Positions 51,735 to 61,683 are shown, counted from the stretch's first letter. The stretch: 64,000 bases of DNA from Vulcanimicrobiales bacterium (GCA_038231455.1 JBBRLI010000008.1:78931-142930); one strand, 5' to 3'. Notes: generated by a model not told the origin, from the letters alone. Program-made: numbers and translations.

Positions 51735-52624
51735 TTGATCGGGCTCGAGAGGATGTCCGGTAGCGTGAACGTTCCTTCGATAATCGGAACGACGCTGCCG
51801 CCGACTTGATAGAGCGGTCCGCCATCGGTTGCAACAATGCGAACGTGGAGCACGCTGCGACGACCCATCTTCACGCCTTGCTCGCTCACGAACGCCGTCG
51901 TACCGGCTGGCAGAAGATTGTAGTGGCGCATATACGCTGCAAGAGGTCCCGTTGCCGAACCCGTTGCGGGATCTTCCACAATTCCATGCTCCGGGGCGAA
52001 CATGCGTGAATATGCGCCGCCGTCGTTTGGTGCGAAGACAAACACGCCGCCTGCTGCATCGTTCCCGCACACCGTCTGTAAGCGCGGATAATCGAGCCAA
52101 GCGCGATCGACGGTCGCGCGGTCGTGCACGCCAACGTACACGAAGTCCGGTCCCGCCGTGAGGCACTGCACGGGCGAATCGAGCAAATCGCGCTCGTCGA
52201 GTCCGAGTGCAGCGGCGGCACCGGCGCGATCGTATTCTTTCTTAAACGTGATCGGCGGCGTTGTTAGAAAGGCCATAAACGGGTCCGTTGAGAGAATGCT
52301 TACCGCAACCGGCCCGACTTCTTCCTGAAAGACGAAGTCGTCTTTGGTGACGATCCCTTCGTGATGTGCGGCCCATGTCGCGCCGATCGTTGGATGGCCC
52401 GCAAACGGAATCTCGGCCATCGGCGTAAAGATCCGAAGCCGCGCATCGCATCCCGCAAGCGTCGGCTTGAAGAAGAAGACCGTCTCCGAGAGATTCATCT
52501 CGCGTGCGATGCGCTGCATGATCTCGGGTTCGAGATCGCGCGCATCGGGGAAGACCGCCAACTGATTCCCTTCGAGCGCGCGGTCGGTGAAGACGTCGAG
52601 ATGGAGCAGACGGTACGATGCCAT
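51731..52624 (-). CDS. PhzF-family isomerase
   Basis: NLSET, PFAGHPT and EDPATGSA motifs. Confidence 0.92.
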   Translation of the reverse strand: MASYRLLHLDVFTDRALEGNQLAVFPDARDLEPEIMQRIAREMNLSETVFFFKPTLAGCDARLRIFTPMAEIPFAGHPTIGATWAAHHEGIVTKDDFVFQEEVGPVAVSILSTDPFMAFLTTPPITFKKEYDRAGAAAALGLDERDLLDSPVQCLTAGPDFVYVGVHDRATVDRAWLDYPRLQTVCGNDAAGGVFVFAPNDGGAYSRMFAPEHGIVEDPATGSATGPLAAYMRHYNLLPAGTTAFVSEQGVKMGRRSVLHVRIVATDGGPLYQVGGSVVPIIEGTFTLPDILSSPIN

Positions 52625-52666
52625 CGTGCAAGCTTAGGCTCACATCGAACGAGCCCTCGTCCGGCG

Positions 52667-53020
52667 CTAGCGACAGTTGGTCGCGGTGTTACCGAGCACG
52701 AATGCGGAGACAAGGGCCACGAGCCACACGGCTACGGCGACCAGCGCACGGCGGCGGAACGTGCGTTTGCGCGCCGCGAGTGCACCGATGAGAAAGAGGA
52801 CGAGCCCCGCGACGCCGGACGTCCACGGAAACATCAGGATCGGATCCCTTACCCATGCGCGCCCCGCGGCGAGTGCAATTCGCGGATCGATCGGCGTGCC
52901 CGCGGGATGGCACGCGAGCGTCGCGTAGGTCGCGCCAAATAGCGACCACGCGACGAGCGCACTTAGGACCCACCCAAGGCCGCTGATGATGCGATCAACC
53001 CGCGTAACGCGGGTCGTTAT
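52667..53020 (-). CDS. Hidden 3-TM membrane protein downstream of acsF (apparent ATA start)
   Basis: 117-codon open frame with three hydrophobic segments; ATA overlaps the acsF TAA; first ATG is only at about codon 63. Confidence 0.55.
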   Translation of the reverse strand: MTTRVTRVDRIISGLGWVLSALVAWSLFGATYATLACHPAGTPIDPRIALAAGRAWVRDPILMFPWTSGVAGLVLFLIGALAARKRTFRRRALVAVAVWLVALVSAFVLGNTATNCR

Positions 53021-54162
53021 GCGGGGACCGGTTCCCGTGTTGGTGCGGACGGCGGCGCGGCAGGTCCGCGTAGCGACGTGGGCTTAGCGCCAGCGAGAAA
53101 GAGCCCTGAGACCTCTGATGGATCGGCGGCGGTTTCGGTCCAGCGTTCGCGCGGCAGCGGTTCAACGAAGTCGTGCGGCTGGAAGACGAGCTTGAAGAAC
53201 TGGATGAGGTTGCTCGCGTAACGCGCGTTGCGCATGATCAGCGCCGGGATGCGTGCAAGGCCTTTTTTGCCGCGGTTGGCTTTGTTGGCGAAGTTGTTGC
53301 GCATCATCGTGCGCAGCGTGTTGATGAAGAAGTCGGACTCCGTACGGATCGCAAGACCCCATACGCCGCGCGCGGCCTTTTCGGTTTCGTTGATGACCTT
53401 GCGGTCGTACTTTTCCCAATCGAGGCCAAGCTTCGAGTAGATCGTCGATTCGCAGTCGCGCAGATACATCGTGACGTAGACGGCCAGCGTGAACATCTTA
53501 ATCGCGAAGTGATTCTTGAAGCCAACCAGATACTGCGGCTGGCTGCGCAGCATGAGCGCGAAAAAGCGGCTGTGCCGGCGCTCGTCGTTGCACCATTCGT
53601 GAAAGTACTTGAAGATCGGGTGGAAGCCGAACTCCGGATGCATCTTGAGATGATCGCTGATGTTCTGGTAGCGGTAGAAGCCGATGATCTCCGAGAGATA
53701 CGTCGTGATGAAGATCAGCTTCGGGTGCATGTGGGTGAGCTTTTCCATCTTCGGCAGAATCGCCAAATCGAACGGCCGGCCCATGTGGCGCATCACCCAC
53801 GAGAGGAACGATGAATGACGCCCTTCATCGCGGCCCATCAGACGATAGATCATCGCAACGTCGGGGTCGGTAATTTTTTTCTGGACGTCGCTGTAGAGCA
53901 GACAGCCTGAGAATTCCCCAATCGACGAACGATTGAGGAACTCATAGAACTCGTCCCACAGCGGACGGTAGTCGAGGTTGTTGACCTCGTCGTCCCATTT
54001 GAAGTGCGCGCGATTCCAATCGCGTTCGAAGTCTTCGCGGAGCGCTTTGAATTCCGGACGGCACCACTCGACATCGAGCGAGTTGAGGATGTTGATGTCG
54101 GTTTTGTAGAGACGCGGCTTCAGTAAGTCCGGGGCGCCGGTTTTGGTGCGAGCGATCGCCAC
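53017..54162 (-). CDS. acsF: O2-dependent Mg-protoporphyrin IX monomethyl ester cyclase
   Basis: PRLYKTD, EFSGCLLY, DEGRH, YLSEIIG and WCNDERRH di-iron motifs. Confidence 0.93.
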   Translation of the reverse strand: MAIARTKTGAPDLLKPRLYKTDINILNSLDVEWCRPEFKALREDFERDWNRAHFKWDDEVNNLDYRPLWDEFYEFLNRSSIGEFSGCLLYSDVQKKITDPDVAMIYRLMGRDEGRHSSFLSWVMRHMGRPFDLAILPKMEKLTHMHPKLIFITTYLSEIIGFYRYQNISDHLKMHPEFGFHPIFKYFHEWCNDERRHSRFFALMLRSQPQYLVGFKNHFAIKMFTLAVYVTMYLRDCESTIYSKLGLDWEKYDRKVINETEKAARGVWGLAIRTESDFFINTLRTMMRNNFANKANRGKKGLARIPALIMRNARYASNLIQFFKLVFQPHDFVEPLPRERWTETAADPSEVSGLFLAGAKPTSLRGPAAPPSAPTREPVPA

Positions 54163-54172
54163 CGAGTAGCGC

Positions 54173-54934
54173 CTAGCGCCGGACCGCTTCGAACACGAAG
54201 CTGTCGTAGAAGAAGAACTTCACGCGCTCGGTCCGGGTGATCTTGTAGCCCGCGCGATACATGATGCGCTCGACTTCGTCGTAGCTGAACATGAAGAGAT
54301 TGGTCATGCGATTCTTCGCATGGAATTTCGTGCCCATCTTCATCCAGAAATCGTTGAACGGCGTGCGCAGTGCGAACGACGCGACGAGTTTATGCGAGGA
54401 GAGATTAGCAAGGCGCGAGAGCATGTCTTGCACTTCGGCGAGCGGGTAGTGGAAGAGCACATCGAGGCAGCAGACGAGATCGTAGGTTTTCTCGGTGCCT
54501 TCAACGGCGCTGATATCGCCGACTTGGAAGTGCGGTGCGATGCCTTTGGTGCGGCCGCTATTGATGTACTTCGCGTAGTGGATCATCGGCGCTGAGACAT
54601 CGAATGCATCGACGTCGTAGCCGTGATTCGCGAGTTCCAGTGAGAGCGTTCCCGTACCGCAACCGGCGTCGAGCACGGTGTGCGAAGAATCGTCTTTCAC
54701 CCATTTGACCACTTGATCGAGCGCGCGCTGGTGACCGTCGCGGATGACTTTCCAGATCGGCGGAATGTCGCCGGCTCCGTAAATGGCCGTCCACCGCGAG
54801 AAGCCCGAGGTCTCGAAATATTTACGGACTTTTTGTCCGACGGGCGAGGCGTTGTCGCCACCGAAAAGCGGTTTGCGCGCCGGCGCTGCGACGCCAGGTT
54901 GGGCGATCGTCCGGGTCAGCTGCTCTTGTTGCAT
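54173..54934 (-). CDS. bchM: Mg-protoporphyrin IX methyltransferase
   Basis: VRKYFETSGFSRW..IYG, DAGCGTG and CLDVLFHYP motifs. Confidence 0.92.
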   Translation of the reverse strand: MQQEQLTRTIAQPGVAAPARKPLFGGDNASPVGQKVRKYFETSGFSRWTAIYGAGDIPPIWKVIRDGHQRALDQVVKWVKDDSSHTVLDAGCGTGTLSLELANHGYDVDAFDVSAPMIHYAKYINSGRTKGIAPHFQVGDISAVEGTEKTYDLVCCLDVLFHYPLAEVQDMLSRLANLSSHKLVASFALRTPFNDFWMKMGTKFHAKNRMTNLFMFSYDEVERIMYRAGYKITRTERVKFFFYDSFVFEAVRR

Positions 54935-55009
54935 CGGGGCTACCTCTGAAGGGGGACGAGATAAAGCCCGTCCGGTGTCCTTACTGTAGCCGCTACCGGG
55001 TCAATGTAC

Positions 55010-55025
55010 GGTGACGACTATCACC
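55010..55025 (-). promoter_or_regulatory. Crp/Fnr-type palindrome upstream of bchM-acsF
   Basis: GGTGAtagtcgTCACC, 21 nt from TACAGT (54983-54988); overlaps the stop codon of the upstream small gene. Confidence 0.8.
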
Positions 55026-55209
55026 CACGCCGGACGATCGGCGCTACGGGACCCATCCGACGCTGAATTTGGCGGTACGCGACCACGACGCCGAAGGCGA
55101 TCGCCGCCAGAATCACGGCCACGAAAACGATTTTAAGAACGAAAGCAAGGACGATCAGCGCCACGATGGCGCCGGCAGCGAGCACGGCGAAGCGGATAAA
55201 GAGCGACAT
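55021..55209 (-). CDS. Small 62-aa hydrophobic membrane protein
   Basis: GGAGG RBS with ATG; about 40 contiguous hydrophobic residues. Confidence 0.7.
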   Translation of the reverse strand: MSLFIRFAVLAAGAIVALIVLAFVLKIVFVAVILAAIAFGVVVAYRQIQRRMGPVAPIVRRG

Positions 55210-55257
55210 GACAACCTCCACCCACACGTACTGCGCGGGGTGGCCCGGAGTTTCGCG

Positions 55258-56340
55258 CTACGTTTCGGCGCCGCTCGTGGCAAGCTCGGCCAGCTTCGAG
55301 GCATCCAGAATGACGATCGTCGCGCCTTTGCGCGTTTCGATGAAGCCGCGGTCCTGCAGCTCGTGCAGTTTCCTTGTGACCGTCACGCGGTTCGAGCCGA
55401 TCATATCCGCCAGACGCTGGTGGGTGAGCGGGACGTCGATCGCACCGTCGGGTTTCCCAAACTGCTTGCCAAGTTCCAGGAGCGTTCGGTAGAGGCGCAA
55501 GTTGACGCTGTTGTTGAGCAGATCTTCGATGAGGACTTGCGACTCGGTCATCCGGCGCGCGAAATTCGTGATCACGTCGATTGCGGCCATCGGCTGCTGC
55601 GCGATCACGTCGGCAAGCTCGGTATCGCTCACCGCGACGAGCGACGAATCGGCCATCGCCTCCGCGCACAGGCACGAGAGGCTGCCCGATTCGGCGCGCC
55701 ACTGGAGAAAGACGTCGTTCGGTCCGAGGATCGAGAGCGTGATGCAACGGCCGTTGGGAAGTAAGTTGTAGAGCCGCAGCTTCCCCGTCTCGACAAAATA
55801 GAAGCGCATGCCCGAGTCGTAGAGAGGCGTGATTTCCTCACCGACTTGCAGGCTAATCGAGGTCGACCCGGCCTTGTTGCGCAGCAGTGCCGCGAGGCGC
55901 TCCTTGGCGACGATCTTTGCCGAGGGGTCGATATTTTTTTCACGGTCGGACTCGAGCTTGTAGCCCTCGGCGACGGCCATGACGATCATCGAGCGCAACT
56001 CGGCGATTTCGTTAATGATGTCCAGCGGCGGGATCATGCCGTCGTTGGCCTCGAGCAACGCTAGCTCGATCATGTTGGTGGCCTCGACGTTGCGGCGGAT
56101 CGCATCGGAGAGATCCATCCCCGAGCGCGCTTGGAAAACGCCGGCGTCCCGCGAGTAGCCCATGAGTTCTTCGAAGTCCGCGGTCTCGACGGCGCGAACG
56201 ATCGCATCCCAGTACTGGGTGTGCTTCGAAATCAGCTCCGGCCGTGGGGGGGTCGAGAACGTCGAAACGCTCTGATTTACCCACCGGTCGGTGTACATCT
56301 GCGTACTCTTACGAAGCATCGCAGCGAGGGTAGCGGACAC
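55258..56340 (-). CDS. Crp/Fnr-family regulator with extra N-terminal helical (RsbRD_N/globin-like) domain
   Basis: cNMP-like barrel (FYFVETGKLRL..LGPNDVF); HTH LTHQRLADMIGSNRVTVTR; about 130-aa N-terminal extension. Confidence 0.88.
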   Translation of the reverse strand: MSATLAAMLRKSTQMYTDRWVNQSVSTFSTPPRPELISKHTQYWDAIVRAVETADFEELMGYSRDAGVFQARSGMDLSDAIRRNVEATNMIELALLEANDGMIPPLDIINEIAELRSMIVMAVAEGYKLESDREKNIDPSAKIVAKERLAALLRNKAGSTSISLQVGEEITPLYDSGMRFYFVETGKLRLYNLLPNGRCITLSILGPNDVFLQWRAESGSLSCLCAEAMADSSLVAVSDTELADVIAQQPMAAIDVITNFARRMTESQVLIEDLLNNSVNLRLYRTLLELGKQFGKPDGAIDVPLTHQRLADMIGSNRVTVTRKLHELQDRGFIETRKGATIVILDASKLAELATSGAET

Positions 56341-56409
56341 AGGAGCACCCTTTCCGGGAATGTGATGGTCTTCCGCTTCATATAGTGAGCCGAACTGCCG
56401 ACCACTGAA

Positions 56410-56425
56410 AGCGACCCAAGTCACC
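56410..56425 (-). promoter_or_regulatory. Degenerate copy of the palindrome upstream of the Crp/Fnr gene
   Basis: GGTGActtgggTCGCT (8/10 match), 22 nt from CACTAT (56382-56387). Confidence 0.55.
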
Positions 56426-56446
56426 GAAGCTGGAGTTTTTTACAAG

Positions 56447-56620
56447 ATGTCAGGCCTCGACTCGATCGGCTCAGCCGCCTCAGCCGCTCTCACCGCCGGA
56501 ACCGGCAACGCAACAATCGCGACCAGCTTGCTCGCTGGTGCGAATTCGTTCGAAAAAGATATCGTCAACCGCCTGTTCTCCTCGATCGGGCTCGGTTCGA
56601 ACGTTAACGCCCTCGCCTAG
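56447..56620 (+). CDS. Small 57-aa protein, YjfB-like C-terminus (absent from the ORF track)
   Basis: GGAG upstream; MSGLDSIGS...RLFSSIGLGSNVNALA. Confidence 0.6.
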   Translation: MSGLDSIGSAASAALTAGTGNATIATSLLAGANSFEKDIVNRLFSSIGLGSNVNALA

Positions 56621-56691
56621 GAAAGCGACGCGAACGTCTGTTCGTGTTTTGAGAGGTCCGACCCGCCCGAGGCCTTGAAGCCTCGGGGTCC

Positions 56692-59475
56692 GTGGACGAC
56701 ACTTTTGCCGCGCTCCATCCGACCGTCGCTGCCTGGTGCGACGAGAAGCTGGGCACCCCGACACCGCCGCAGGCGCAAGCGATCCCGCACGCGCTTGCTG
56801 GCCGCAGCACGCTGATTTGCTCGCCGACCGGGACCGGGAAGACGCTCGCAGCGTTTTTGCCCGTGATGTCGCGCCTTGCGTATCTGCGCGATGAAGACAA
56901 GCTCGTGCCGCGACCGGTCGCGCTGTACATTTCGCCGTTGCGGGCGCTCGGCTACGACGTCGAACACAACTTGCGCCGGCCGCTGCGCGAGATGGGGATT
57001 CTCGAACGCCCGAATACGGAACGCGCCGTTAAGCGACGCGGGCGCATTCGCGAAATGTTCGTTCGCACCGGCGTGCGCACGGGCGATACACCGGTAGAAG
57101 AACGGCGTTTGATGATGGCGCGCCCGCCGCACGTGCTCATCACGACGCCCGAATCGCTTGCGCTGATGATCGCGATGGAATCGTATCGCAAGACGCTCAA
57201 GTCGATCGAAACGGTGATCGTCGATGAAGTGCACGCGCTTGCAAATAACAAACGCGGCTCCCAACTCGCGCTCTTACTCGAATCGCTCGAGGGCATCGTG
57301 AAGCAACCGCTTCACCGGGTGGGACTCTCAGCGACGGTCGAACCGCTCGATGAGGTCGCGCAATTTCTTGTGGGCAGCGAGCGCGAATGCTCGATCGTCG
57401 ATTGTCGCGGTTTGCGTTCGATTCGGTTTTCTGTCGTCGCACCATTCGCCGGAGCGATGGCGCCGCTCGCGCGCGCCGCGCAGACGGCCTTTGCGCTCAG
57501 TGAGGACGTGCGCACGTCGCTGGTCTTCACCAACGTTCGATCGCAGGCGGAACGCGTCGCCCATGAGATGACGCTTGCTGGCGAATCGCCGGAGGAAATC
57601 ACGGTGCCCGAACACGTGCGCGAAAAGCCCGCGCGCGACCGCCGCATCGGCGTACACCACTCGGCACTCGAGAAAAACGTGCGGCATAAGGTCGAGGCGG
57701 GACTGCGCGACGGTACGCTACGGACCGTCGTGTGTAGTTCGTCGCTCGAGCTTGGCGTCGATATTGGCTTTATCGATCGCGTGCTCTTACTCGGCGGCGC
57801 GCGCGGCATGACGCCGACCTTACAGCGCGTCGGGCGCGCGGGGCATCGACCGGGGGCGGTCGCCGAGGGAATCGTGATCGCTCAGGATCGAGACGATATC
57901 ATCGAGGCGGCCGCGACGAAACGCTGCATTGCCGATGGGATCATCGAACCGCTCAATATCCCCGAGGCACCGCTTGACGTGCTCGCGCAGTGGCTGGTCG
58001 GAAGCGTCTGCTACGATCGCCGTTTTGCAATCGACGACGCGCTCGCAACGGCGCGGCGCGCGTATCCGTTTCGCAAACTTGAGGAACGCGATCTGCGCGC
58101 CTGTGTCGCGTATCTCTCGGGCGGCGGAGCGGGACCCGATGAGGCGCATGTGTCGCGCTTGGGCACCGACGGCGTTGCGATCTACGGCCTCGGTCGCGAG
58201 AAGAGCTCGGCGTTTTTCGAAAACGTCGGGACCATTCCCGACGAACGCACGATCGCCGTCGGCAGCAAAGGCGGGCCGCAGATCGGTCGGCTCGATGAGA
58301 GTTTTGCCTCCGGTCTTAAAGAAGGCGACGTGTTCTTGCTCGATGGTCGAACGTTGCGCGTGAAAGAAGTCGCGCCGGGCGGACTCAAAGTTGAGCCGTT
58401 CGCCGGTCGGCCAAACGTACCGCAGTGGTCCTCGCATCTCAAAGGCATTCCGCTTGTCCTTGCGCGCGAGGTCGGCGTGCTGCGGCGCGGCGTCGTCGCG
58501 GCACTTTCGGCGGGTGGACCGCAAGCGGCGCTACGGTACTGCGCGCAGCGCTACTCTCTCGATGGTGTCGAGGCAGCACATGTGGTCCGCTATATCGCGC
58601 AGCAGCATGCAATTTCTGCCGTCCCCGACGATCTCAATCCGATCGTCGAGATCTATCGGATGGATCAGCGGCAGACGGCGGTCTATCACACCGGCGTCGG
58701 TCGCCGGATCAATGAAGTGCTCGCGCGCATGGTGGGAGCGCGGGTCTCCAAACGCTATCGCGTACCGGCGCAGTTGAGTACCGATGACAACGGGTTTCTC
58801 GTCGCGCTTCCCCCGCGCGTGACGATTCCAGATGCCGAGTGGGCTTCGTTTCTGAGCGTCGCTGGATTCGACGAGGATTTGCTCGCGGGTTTGCGCGCGT
58901 CGTATCTCCTTCGGCAGCATTTCCGTTACGTCGCGAATACGGGGTTGCTCGTGCTGCGGCGCGCGGGCGGTGCGACGCTGCGGCGTGGTGCGCTCGCGTG
59001 GAACAGCCAGAAAATCTTCGATCGACTCTGGGAGGCCGATCGCAATTTCCCGCTGATCCGCGAGACGATGCGTGTCGTCACGCGCGATCTTATGGACGCG
59101 CCGGGGGCTCGCACCTACCTCGAATCACTTGCTGGCGAACCGCGCGTGCTCCATCCGGCTGCAGCCTCTCCGTTTACGTTTGGTATCGTCACCTCGTCGT
59201 TCGGTGACTCGGTTGTGATGGACGACCGCGCATCGATGGTGGAAGCCTTACACGAACGCGTCCTCGCACTGCTTGGCGAGACGCCCGACGACGAGATCGA
59301 TGTCCTAGCGGCGATGTCGAACGATGTCTCGCTCGACAAACGCTCGCTCTGGAAAGACGCGCTCGGTCCGACCTCGGCCGCTGCGCCTGCCCCGGTCGAC
59401 GCCGACGGTCAGCCGATGCTCATTGCAACAGCGAAGCCGCTCGTGCGTAAGCGTCGCGAACGCGCGGCGCGATGA
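56692..59475 (+). CDS. Lhr-family DEAD/DEAH helicase
   Basis: SPTGTGKT, TTPESL, DEVH, GLSAT, SSLELGVD and QRVGRAGH motifs. Confidence 0.92.
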   Translation: MDDTFAALHPTVAAWCDEKLGTPTPPQAQAIPHALAGRSTLICSPTGTGKTLAAFLPVMSRLAYLRDEDKLVPRPVALYISPLRALGYDVEHNLRRPLREMGILERPNTERAVKRRGRIREMFVRTGVRTGDTPVEERRLMMARPPHVLITTPESLALMIAMESYRKTLKSIETVIVDEVHALANNKRGSQLALLLESLEGIVKQPLHRVGLSATVEPLDEVAQFLVGSERECSIVDCRGLRSIRFSVVAPFAGAMAPLARAAQTAFALSEDVRTSLVFTNVRSQAERVAHEMTLAGESPEEITVPEHVREKPARDRRIGVHHSALEKNVRHKVEAGLRDGTLRTVVCSSSLELGVDIGFIDRVLLLGGARGMTPTLQRVGRAGHRPGAVAEGIVIAQDRDDIIEAAATKRCIADGIIEPLNIPEAPLDVLAQWLVGSVCYDRRFAIDDALATARRAYPFRKLEERDLRACVAYLSGGGAGPDEAHVSRLGTDGVAIYGLGREKSSAFFENVGTIPDERTIAVGSKGGPQIGRLDESFASGLKEGDVFLLDGRTLRVKEVAPGGLKVEPFAGRPNVPQWSSHLKGIPLVLAREVGVLRRGVVAALSAGGPQAALRYCAQRYSLDGVEAAHVVRYIAQQHAISAVPDDLNPIVEIYRMDQRQTAVYHTGVGRRINEVLARMVGARVSKRYRVPAQLSTDDNGFLVALPPRVTIPDAEWASFLSVAGFDEDLLAGLRASYLLRQHFRYVANTGLLVLRRAGGATLRRGALAWNSQKIFDRLWEADRNFPLIRETMRVVTRDLMDAPGARTYLESLAGEPRVLHPAAASPFTFGIVTSSFGDSVVMDDRASMVEALHERVLALLGETPDDEIDVLAAMSNDVSLDKRSLWKDALGPTSAAAPAPVDADGQPMLIATAKPLVRKRRERAAR

Positions 59476-60242
59476 TTCTGCCACCGAAGCCTGCGGCGCT
59501 CAGCCATGTGATCGCGGAAGGCGCCGTCGCTTTACCCGCGGGGTTTCTCTGGCTTGGCGCATCGCGAGCGCTCATCGTCGCCGACGCCCATCTTGGTTAC
59601 GAAGACGTCATGGGCGGTGCACTTCCGCTCTGGAGTACCGTTGAAGCGACGGCAGCGATCCTCGTTGCGGTCGAGCGAATGGCGGCGGAAGAAGTGATTT
59701 TCCTCGGCGATGTGATCCACGGCTCATCGATGAGTGAAGGCGCTGCGCGCGCGGTGATCGATTCGCTCGATGCGCTTCGCACGCGCGTACTCCTTACGTT
59801 AGTCGCCGGCAATCACGAAGGGCGTACGCGCGGTGCGCGAATTTTGGGCGAGACGGTAGAGTCGTGCGAACGCGATGGGTGGCTCTTGCTTCATGGCGAT
59901 AAAGCCGGGCCGGTCGGATCGCGTGCGATCATCGGACATCTGCATCCGAGTCTGCACATGGGCGGCGGCGCGCATGCACCTGCATTCCTCGCAAGCTCAA
60001 GCGTGATCGTGGTTCCGGCGCGCACGCCGTACTCCAGCGGCCTCGACGTCCTCTCGGATGATTGCATTGCGGCGCTCGCGCCGTGGAACGTGCAGCGCCG
60101 CGACTTGCATGTGGTCGCATCGACGAACGAGCGCGTTTACCCCTTCGGGTCGCTCAGTGTTTTGCGGCGCGAACTGCGCGGCACACCCAAACGCAGCGGC
60201 GCAAATCCGTATCGGCGAAAATTTCTGCGCCCGGACCGCTAG
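59472..60242 (+). CDS. Metallophosphoesterase (Lhr-associated, PdeM-like)
   Basis: DAHLG, GDVIH, GNHE, HG and GHLHP motifs. Confidence 0.85.
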   Translation: MILPPKPAALSHVIAEGAVALPAGFLWLGASRALIVADAHLGYEDVMGGALPLWSTVEATAAILVAVERMAAEEVIFLGDVIHGSSMSEGAARAVIDSLDALRTRVLLTLVAGNHEGRTRGARILGETVESCERDGWLLLHGDKAGPVGSRAIIGHLHPSLHMGGGAHAPAFLASSSVIVVPARTPYSSGLDVLSDDCIAALAPWNVQRRDLHVVASTNERVYPFGSLSVLRRELRGTPKRSGANPYRRKFLRPDR

Positions 60243-60245
60243 TTC

Positions 60246-61646
60246 TTACGGAGTGAAGGGCGCAAGATCGACGTTCGTGGTGGTCGACTGACCGGTAAAG
60301 GTCACATAGGTGCTCGTCCCACTCGTGCCGGCCGCGGTAATATAGCGATCGCCTGAGACCGTCGTTTGGAACAACGCCGCCTGCGTCGTGTTCGCATATG
60401 CCGCGACTTGAAATGAGATGGGGTTCTGATTCGATTGAAGCGGCACGTACGTGTAGCTGCCCCATCGTACTGAGGTATTGCTCGCGCATCCGAACATATA
60501 CAGAAAGCCGCCGTTTGGATCGACAGGCTTCAGCGCTGGATTCACACACACGACGGTTGATGGATATGCCGCGGGGTTGAATAGGATGCTCCCCGTTTTC
60601 GTTTGCGCGTAACCGTCGGTTGCAAGGACCGAACACGTTCCGCCTTTGGGGTCGGGATAGAGGTTCACGTTGCCGGAGCCGCCGCTCACCGCAACCGAAG
60701 ATGAATCGAGAACGCATCCCGTACCGCTCGCAGACACCGTCACCGAGCCCGTCAGTCCGCTTTCGGTCACACTGAATGCGTATGGAGCTGCGCCGTTTGC
60801 GATGCCGCTGCACGAGCCCGAACAACTAACGTTTAATGCCGCTGGCGTGAACGTCAGACTGCCGGATCCCGTAGCCGCTCCCGCGGTCGCGAAAATCGAG
60901 TCCGTGGTCGGGGTCGAGTTCCCGTTATAATTCAGCGTCACCGACGTTGTTGGAGCGGTCACGGTCGCCGGTGAGAACGAGATCGCCGGGTCCGATGAGG
61001 TCAGCGTAATCGGCGTTTCGTAGGGCGCGCTGCCGATGATGATGTTGTTGCCGTAGTCGCGGGCGATGACCGTGAGCGGGATCGTGTTCGAAACCCCGCC
61101 GATCAGTGAACTCGACGCGGGCGAGAGGGTGATCGTTGAAGCAATGCCGCTGAGCGTGAGCCCTAAAATCGTATTTGCGACCCCGGGCACGATGTTTCGC
61201 TCCGTGGCCGCGCTCGGATCGAGTTGCGAGACAATGGGCCCGCTCTGGCTAAGGCCAGCGTAGAGCTTTACACCAAAGGCAAAGAGACCCGGTGCGGATG
61301 ACATTTGAATGCTGCACGTGACGGGCGGACCAGCGAGGCAGCCCGGCGTCGTGGCGGAGAGATCTTGATTCGAGGTTGTCGAGGGTGTTGGGGAGATGAC
61401 GCTTGCGACGACCGGGTAGAGCGCGATGCTCGCCGAGAGCGCGCTCGGCGAGACGTATCTGGTCGAACGATTCGCACTTGACGTTGTCTTTGACGGGATT
61501 GCGATCGTGACGAGTACGCTCCCCGTTCCGCTGGCGAGAGGAAGCGGAATGCTCGCACCCGTCGATGCGTTTTGCGTTGACGTGCTTCCGCCGCTGCAAG
61601 CAGCGACCAGCGTGGCCAGAAACAAGATTGGGAGTCGCTTTGTCAT
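60246..61646 (-). CDS. Ser/Thr/Gly-rich surface lipoprotein (Ig-like)
   Basis: Lipobox VAAC; RYVSP motif; paired Cys; beta-rich composition. Confidence 0.75.
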   Translation of the reverse strand: MTKRLPILFLATLVAACSGGSTSTQNASTGASIPLPLASGTGSVLVTIAIPSKTTSSANRSTRYVSPSALSASIALYPVVASVISPTPSTTSNQDLSATTPGCLAGPPVTCSIQMSSAPGLFAFGVKLYAGLSQSGPIVSQLDPSAATERNIVPGVANTILGLTLSGIASTITLSPASSSLIGGVSNTIPLTVIARDYGNNIIIGSAPYETPITLTSSDPAISFSPATVTAPTTSVTLNYNGNSTPTTDSIFATAGAATGSGSLTFTPAALNVSCSGSCSGIANGAAPYAFSVTESGLTGSVTVSASGTGCVLDSSSVAVSGGSGNVNLYPDPKGGTCSVLATDGYAQTKTGSILFNPAAYPSTVVCVNPALKPVDPNGGFLYMFGCASNTSVRWGSYTYVPLQSNQNPISFQVAAYANTTQAALFQTTVSGDRYITAAGTSGTSTYVTFTGQSTTTNVDLAPFTP

Positions 61647-61683
61647 CGTGGAAACCTTCTCTGACCTTCACCTGCGGGGGCCA

